A stretch of 39,094 nt of DNA from a virus (taxonomy: Duplodnaviria > Caudoviricetes): positions 1-39,094 of IMG/VR virus record IMGVR_UViG_3300048574_000242, one strand, 5' to 3'. Positions 35,122 to 39,094 of this stretch are shown one piece after another. The translations under genes were made by a program, and so were the position numbers. The notes beneath the pieces were generated by a model. That model worked only from the letters and a program-made list of their open reading frames with translations, was not told the origin of the DNA and ran no database searches. Numbering within the stretch: the first letter of the stretch is position 1; each line of letters opens with the position of its first letter.

Positions 35122-35481
35122 ATGATCGTCGTTACGGCGCGCGATATCGCCATAAAAAATAAATATCGGTCGGTACGAGAAATGGTACGGGCCACTGCGG
35201 CAAGAATGGGTATCAAGTTAAGCGATGAGCTGAGCGAAAACCCAGTCACAGCGCGAATCGATCATGGACGCTGGATTGCGGATTGCGAATGCAAAGGCGC
35301 CGAGTATGTCGATCCGGACGAGCCCATTTTCTTTTGCGCAAGCTGCAAAAATGCGGCTGATGGAAACCGGTTACGATCGGTAAAATTCCCGCCGGCCGCT
35401 ACGAGAAAGAAAATTGAAAAAAAACTGAACGAAGCGACTTACTTCAGCTGGAACGAAACGGAGGAACCTTATGGGGTATAG
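35122..35481 (+). CDS. Cys-motif tail-region protein
   Basis: WIADCECKGAE...FFCASC. Confidence 0.6.
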   Translation: MIVVTARDIAIKNKYRSVREMVRATAARMGIKLSDELSENPVTARIDHGRWIADCECKGAEYVDPDEPIFFCASCKNAADGNRLRSVKFPPAATRKKIEKKLNEATYFSWNETEEPYGV

Positions 35482-36148
35482 CCCAGTCCCTACAGTTGCC
35501 AGCGGCGACCTTTGGACCGCCAGCGACCATAACACCTATATTCGGGACAATTTCGCCGCGGGCGTGCCGGATATTTTTGCAGCCGCCGGCGATCTGGTGT
35601 ATGGATCGGCTGCGAATGTAGCCGCACGGTTGGCGATCGGCGCGAACGGATATTACCTACGCAGCAACGGAAACGCACCCTATTGGTCCACCATCACTTT
35701 CCCCACGGAGATTCCCGCGCAAAGCGGAAACAGCGGAAAGTTTTTGACCACAAACGGGGCTGCTGTATCGTGGGGCTGGCCGATTCCAGTTATCAGCCTG
35801 GCTGAAAAGACCTCTGCATACAATATCAGCTCGACGGTTTATTTAGAGGTGCTCTCTGGCACGATCACTATGCCATCCGCGGGGAAACTTGTCGCGATTG
35901 CGGTCGGTCAATATAAGTCGAACGTATCCGGCGATGTCGCGATGGTTAAGCTTTCGATCGATGGCACGGACGATCCGAATGTCGCCGAACAAGCAAAAAC
36001 GGACGCCTGGTATACCTTCAGTTTGATGTATATGAAATCGGTTTCGGCCGGAGACCGATCAGCGAAGATCTATCTAAAAAATTCAACCAGCGGAGAAGTC
36101 GGGATCAAATGGTGCCATATTTTCCTGCTGGGATTCCCGGGAGCCTGA
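35471..36148 (+). CDS. Minor tail/fibre protein
   Basis: TVASGDLWTASDHNTYIRDN; AAAGDLVYG...RLAIG..G.YL; SGNSGKFLTTNG. Confidence 0.7.
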   Translation: MGYSPVPTVASGDLWTASDHNTYIRDNFAAGVPDIFAAAGDLVYGSAANVAARLAIGANGYYLRSNGNAPYWSTITFPTEIPAQSGNSGKFLTTNGAAVSWGWPIPVISLAEKTSAYNISSTVYLEVLSGTITMPSAGKLVAIAVGQYKSNVSGDVAMVKLSIDGTDDPNVAEQAKTDAWYTFSLMYMKSVSAGDRSAKIYLKNSTSGEVGIKWCHIFLLGFPGA

Positions 36149-36149
36149 T

Positions 36150-37010
36150 ATGAGTACAAATTATCCAAGCGCGCTCGATTCTTATACGACTAAGATTGAC
36201 CTGGTCACCGATGTAATGGCAGCGGATATTAATAATCCGCAAGATGCTATTATTGCGATTGAAACAGAATTGGGACTGGATCCCAGAGGAAGTTATACGG
36301 ATGTCTCTGCACGAATTACCGATTACGCAGCCCGAATCGCAAACCTTGAAATTGGCTGGGTAGCGCTCCCAAATGGAACGCGAGTCAGCGATACCAGTTT
36401 CACGCTGCCAGGGGATTATTCTGGAGTCTTGAAAAATTTCGCAAAATGGAAAGGATTTCTTTCAAGTCAAAAATATGGGTATGTGTTAAGTAGCAGCTAT
36501 TCTTCTGGAACAGGTTTAACGACTGTCAATTTAGTACCCAATTCAGATTATAGTCTCTCGGTAGGAGGAACTATCACGGGCATGTTCGTGAGTTTTGGAA
36601 ATCCCCCAGATTTTACTGTCTGGTTTTCCTGGCCTGCAAGCTCATTGACAGGTGTAATTCTTGGTAATGGGAGCATAGCTGCGAAATTCTCAATCTCTGA
36701 CAAAAAATTGTTTTTTGACTTTATTTTGACCTTTGGGACTACTACAACTATAGCGGCATATGGAGAGTTTAGCTTCAATTTACCGATGACGGTATCACCG
36801 ACAGAGGTAAGCACTGTTACAGGTGACTTTCGAGATACTGGTTCAGGCAATCATCTTGTTGTAGCTGTGTTAGGTGTATCTAGGTGCTACTTATACCGAG
36901 CGGTCCCAACAAGCATAAGTGTTGCGAGTGGATTAATTGACGCTAATTCGCCTTTCAGTTGGGCAAATGGCGACCAAATTGGGGCTACTGGTTGGGCTAG
37001 GCTAACATAA
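36150..37010 (+). CDS. Receptor-binding/tail fibre protein
   Basis: TNYPSALD...AADINNPQDAIIAIETELG N-terminus; beta-rich C-terminus ending PFSWANGDQI. Confidence 0.7.
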   Translation: MSTNYPSALDSYTTKIDLVTDVMAADINNPQDAIIAIETELGLDPRGSYTDVSARITDYAARIANLEIGWVALPNGTRVSDTSFTLPGDYSGVLKNFAKWKGFLSSQKYGYVLSSSYSSGTGLTTVNLVPNSDYSLSVGGTITGMFVSFGNPPDFTVWFSWPASSLTGVILGNGSIAAKFSISDKKLFFDFILTFGTTTTIAAYGEFSFNLPMTVSPTEVSTVTGDFRDTGSGNHLVVAVLGVSRCYLYRAVPTSISVASGLIDANSPFSWANGDQIGATGWARLT

Positions 37011-37113
37011 AATCGAGGGTCAAGTCTGCCAGGACTTGACCCTCTCACCAACCAGTTGCACACACAACCGGTAGGCTTCAAATTCTCACGATGAAACAAA
37101 AAATCGCCAAAAA
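37010..37113 (-). ncRNA. Putative tRNA-trailer antisense RNA with UGUGUG and CUGGCA loops
   Basis: Minus strand: ACCGGUUG-UGUGUG-CAACUGGU hairpin (G-U wobble favours this strand), then the terminator GAGGGUCAAGUC-CUGGCA-GACUUGACCCUC-GAUUUU; loops complementary to the leaders at 635-680 and 13090-13200. Confidence 0.5.
37015..37044 (-). terminator. 12-bp-stem hairpin; U-tail on the minus strand, possibly bidirectional
   Basis: GAGGGTCAAGTC-TGCCAG-GACTTGACCCTC, preceded on the + strand by AAAATC. Confidence 0.75.
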
Positions 37114-37189
<76 letters not shown>

Positions 37190-37201
37190 GTAGCGGATGT
37201 G

Positions 37202-37230
37202 ATTATAGCAGATGGCTGCTGGTTTGACAA
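37202..37230 (-). promoter_or_regulatory. Host sigma70-type tRNA promoter
   Basis: Minus strand TTGTCA-N17-TATAAT with extended TG. Confidence 0.85.
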
Positions 37231-37245
37231 GCAAATCGCTTGTTT

Positions 37246-38004
37246 TTAGCCAAAGCGGCCGGTGACGTAATCTTGAGTTTCTTTGACCCTGGGGTTGATG
37301 AAAAGCTGCTTATCTTCGCCATACTCTACCAGACGGCCCTGAAGGAAGAACGCGGCGTAATCAGCCACACGGGCAGCCTGCTGGACGTTATGCGGGACGA
37401 GGACGAAGGTGTATTGATCGCGCAGCTCGATCATCAGGCTTTCGATTTTGGCGGTTGAGACTGGGTCGAGGGCGGAAGTAGGTTCGTCGAGCAAAACGAC
37501 TTCCGGCTCCAGGGCCAGAACGCGCGCCAGGCACAGGCGCTGTTGCTGACCGCCGGAAATGGCGTTGGCAGGGTCTTCCAGGCGGTCATAGACTTCATCC
37601 CACAGGACGGCCAGATGCAGGGCTTTCTCGACGGCCTCGTCCAGGCGAGCTTTGCGGTTTTCGCCCATCAGGCGCAGGCCATAAGCGACATTTTCGTAGA
37701 TGCTGAGCGGCAGGGTTACCGGACGGGAGAACACCATGCCGATTTTTCGGCGCAGGTTGATGACATCCACATCGGGGTCAAGAATATTCTGTCCGTGGAA
37801 CAGGACTTTTCCAGACAGGGCCCGTACATCGGCCAGGTCGTTCAGACGGTTCAATGCGCGCAGCAGCGAGGATTTCCCGCCGCCGGCCGGCCCGAAAAAG
37901 ACATTGACGGCATTGGCCACCACGTTGACGCTGACGTCGTGCAGGCTTTCCACGCCGTCTGAATAGACCAGATTCAGATCCTCGATGATGATTTTATTTT
38001 CCAC
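37246..38004 (-). CDS. pstB: Phosphate ABC transporter ATPase
   Basis: GPAGGGKS, LNRLND, ISGGQQQRLCLAR, LDEPTSALDP, DYVTGRFG. Confidence 0.93.
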   Translation of the reverse strand: MENKIIIEDLNLVYSDGVESLHDVSVNVVANAVNVFFGPAGGGKSSLLRALNRLNDLADVRALSGKVLFHGQNILDPDVDVINLRRKIGMVFSRPVTLPLSIYENVAYGLRLMGENRKARLDEAVEKALHLAVLWDEVYDRLEDPANAISGGQQQRLCLARVLALEPEVVLLDEPTSALDPVSTAKIESLMIELRDQYTFVLVPHNVQQAARVADYAAFFLQGRLVEYGEDKQLFINPRVKETQDYVTGRFG

Positions 38005-38019
38005 AGGTCTATCCTCGTT

Positions 38020-38886
38020 TTACCACTGGCGCTTAGAACGGGCACGGTTGCGAATTAAAGTGGCGATCAGGTTCATCCCCAATACAAACACCAGCAAGAC
38101 CAATACGGTCCCGTACTGAATGGTCACGGGCATTCCCGGTACTGAGGTGGAAATGACAAAAATATGGTAGGGCAGCGCCATTGTGGCGTCCATTGGTGAA
38201 CCGGGCAGGCGCGGCAGGAAGAAGGAAGCTCCGGTAAACAAGATTGGGGCGGTTTCTCCGGCGGCGCGTTCCAGGCCGAGAATGACGCCGGTAATAACGC
38301 CTGGCAATGCCTGCGGCAGCGTGATGCGCCAGATGGTCTGCCAGCGTGTGCCGCCCAGGGAGGTGCTGACGACGCGGAAGGAGTTGGGCACGGAGCGCAG
38401 CGCTTCTTCGGTCGTGGAAATGATCACCGGCAGGGTCATAATTGAAAGCGTCAGCGACGCGGAGAGAATGCTTGTGCCAAAGTTGAGGAAGATCACGAAC
38501 AATCCCAGGCCGAACAGGCCATATACGACCGATGGAATCCCGGCCAGATTGACAATCGCAATGCGGATCAGGCGCGTGGCGCGGTTATCAGGCGCGTATT
38601 CGGCGATGTAAATACCGGCGGCGACCCCCAGCGGCACGGAAAAGATAGCTGTCCCGATGGTCAGGTAAAAGGTTCCTAAAATGGCCGGCCAGATGCCGCC
38701 AGAGCGCATTCCGTCACTGGGCATGGCACTGATAAACTCCCATGAGATGGCCGGCGCGCCGCGGACGATAATATAAAGGATGATGGCAATGACCGGAATA
38801 GCGGTCAGCAGGGTGATGCCGCGCAGCAGCCAGAAACCGATGGTTTCTTTTTGACGCGCATGAGTTGGCTGAAAACTTGAATCCAT
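38020..38886 (-). CDS. pstA: Phosphate ABC transporter permease
   Basis: NLAGIPSVVYGLFG, RAAGETAPILFT. Confidence 0.94.
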   Translation of the reverse strand: MDSSFQPTHARQKETIGFWLLRGITLLTAIPVIAIILYIIVRGAPAISWEFISAMPSDGMRSGGIWPAILGTFYLTIGTAIFSVPLGVAAGIYIAEYAPDNRATRLIRIAIVNLAGIPSVVYGLFGLGLFVIFLNFGTSILSASLTLSIMTLPVIISTTEEALRSVPNSFRVVSTSLGGTRWQTIWRITLPQALPGVITGVILGLERAAGETAPILFTGASFFLPRLPGSPMDATMALPYHIFVISTSVPGMPVTIQYGTVLVLLVFVLGMNLIATLIRNRARSKRQW

Positions 38887-38897
38887 GGCAGGCCCTC

Positions 38898-39094
38898 TCA
38901 GGAAAGCAGCCGCTCTGCGCGCTTACGGCTGCGCAGGGTCAGCGAGGAGGCGACGATATTCACGATTAGGGTGACCAGGAACAGGATGATCCCGATCAAA
39001 AACAAGACATGGTAATGCGGTGAACCGGTGGCAACTTCACCCATTTCTGAAGCAATGGTGGCCGTCATGGTGCGGATGGGCAGAAACAGCGCGT
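38898..39094 (-). CDS. pstC: Phosphate ABC transporter permease (3' fragment, runs off the window)
   Basis: RTMTATIASEMGEVATGSPHYHVLFLIGIILF...RAERLLS*. Confidence 0.9.
   Translation of the reverse strand, partial: ALFLPIRTMTATIASEMGEVATGSPHYHVLFLIGIILFLVTLIVNIVASSLTLRSRKRAERLLS

Noticed and set aside
35471-37010. Diversity-generating retroelement or invertible tail-fibre cassette
   Set aside because: No reverse transcriptase, template/variable repeat pair or invertase is visible.
659-37071. CCGGTTG-CACACA-CAACTGG (659-678) and CCAGTTG-CACACA-CAACCGG (37052-37071) as a second nested attL/attR pair, since crossover would yield two perfect palindromes
   Set aside because: Not excluded but disfavoured: only one recombinase is present and a canonical tRNA att pair exists. 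The same loops recur at 13090-13200 on unrelated stems, and the mismatches are explained as G-U pairs on opposite strands. PCR of the excision junction would settle it.

Overview
Positions 527-37151 hold an apparently complete ~36.6-kb lambda-order siphovirus prophage integrated into the 3' half of a minus-strand tRNA-Val(CAC), bounded by a 38-bp att duplication. To its left is a host array of ~111-bp tRNA-linked repeats, and to its right the host pstC/pstA/pstB operon. A Chloroflexota/Anaerolineae-like host is inferred from the T/P-rich linker style only. Modules in order: xis-like gene + tyrosine integrase; orphan DNA methyltransferase; ~9-kb minus-strand accessory island (HEPN-like proteins, PD-(D/E)xK pair, membrane thermonuclease, lipoprotein); cI/cro switch; early genes (ssb, replication initiator with iterons, amber-interrupted MTase, minimal PolX); late promoter with leader terminator; lysis; HNH/terminase; Maf-like transferase; HK97-type portal/protease with P22-type scaffold/coat; short tail with a -1 frameshift chaperone. 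The most striking non-coding signal is a putative trans-antisense RNA system. The phage-supplied 3' trailer of the host tRNA folds into hairpins with UGUGUG and CUGGCA loops. These are complementary, in matching antiparallel order, to UGCCAG- and CACACA-loop hairpins in both the xis-int leader and an early-operon leader. All protein family calls come from motif recognition without database searches.
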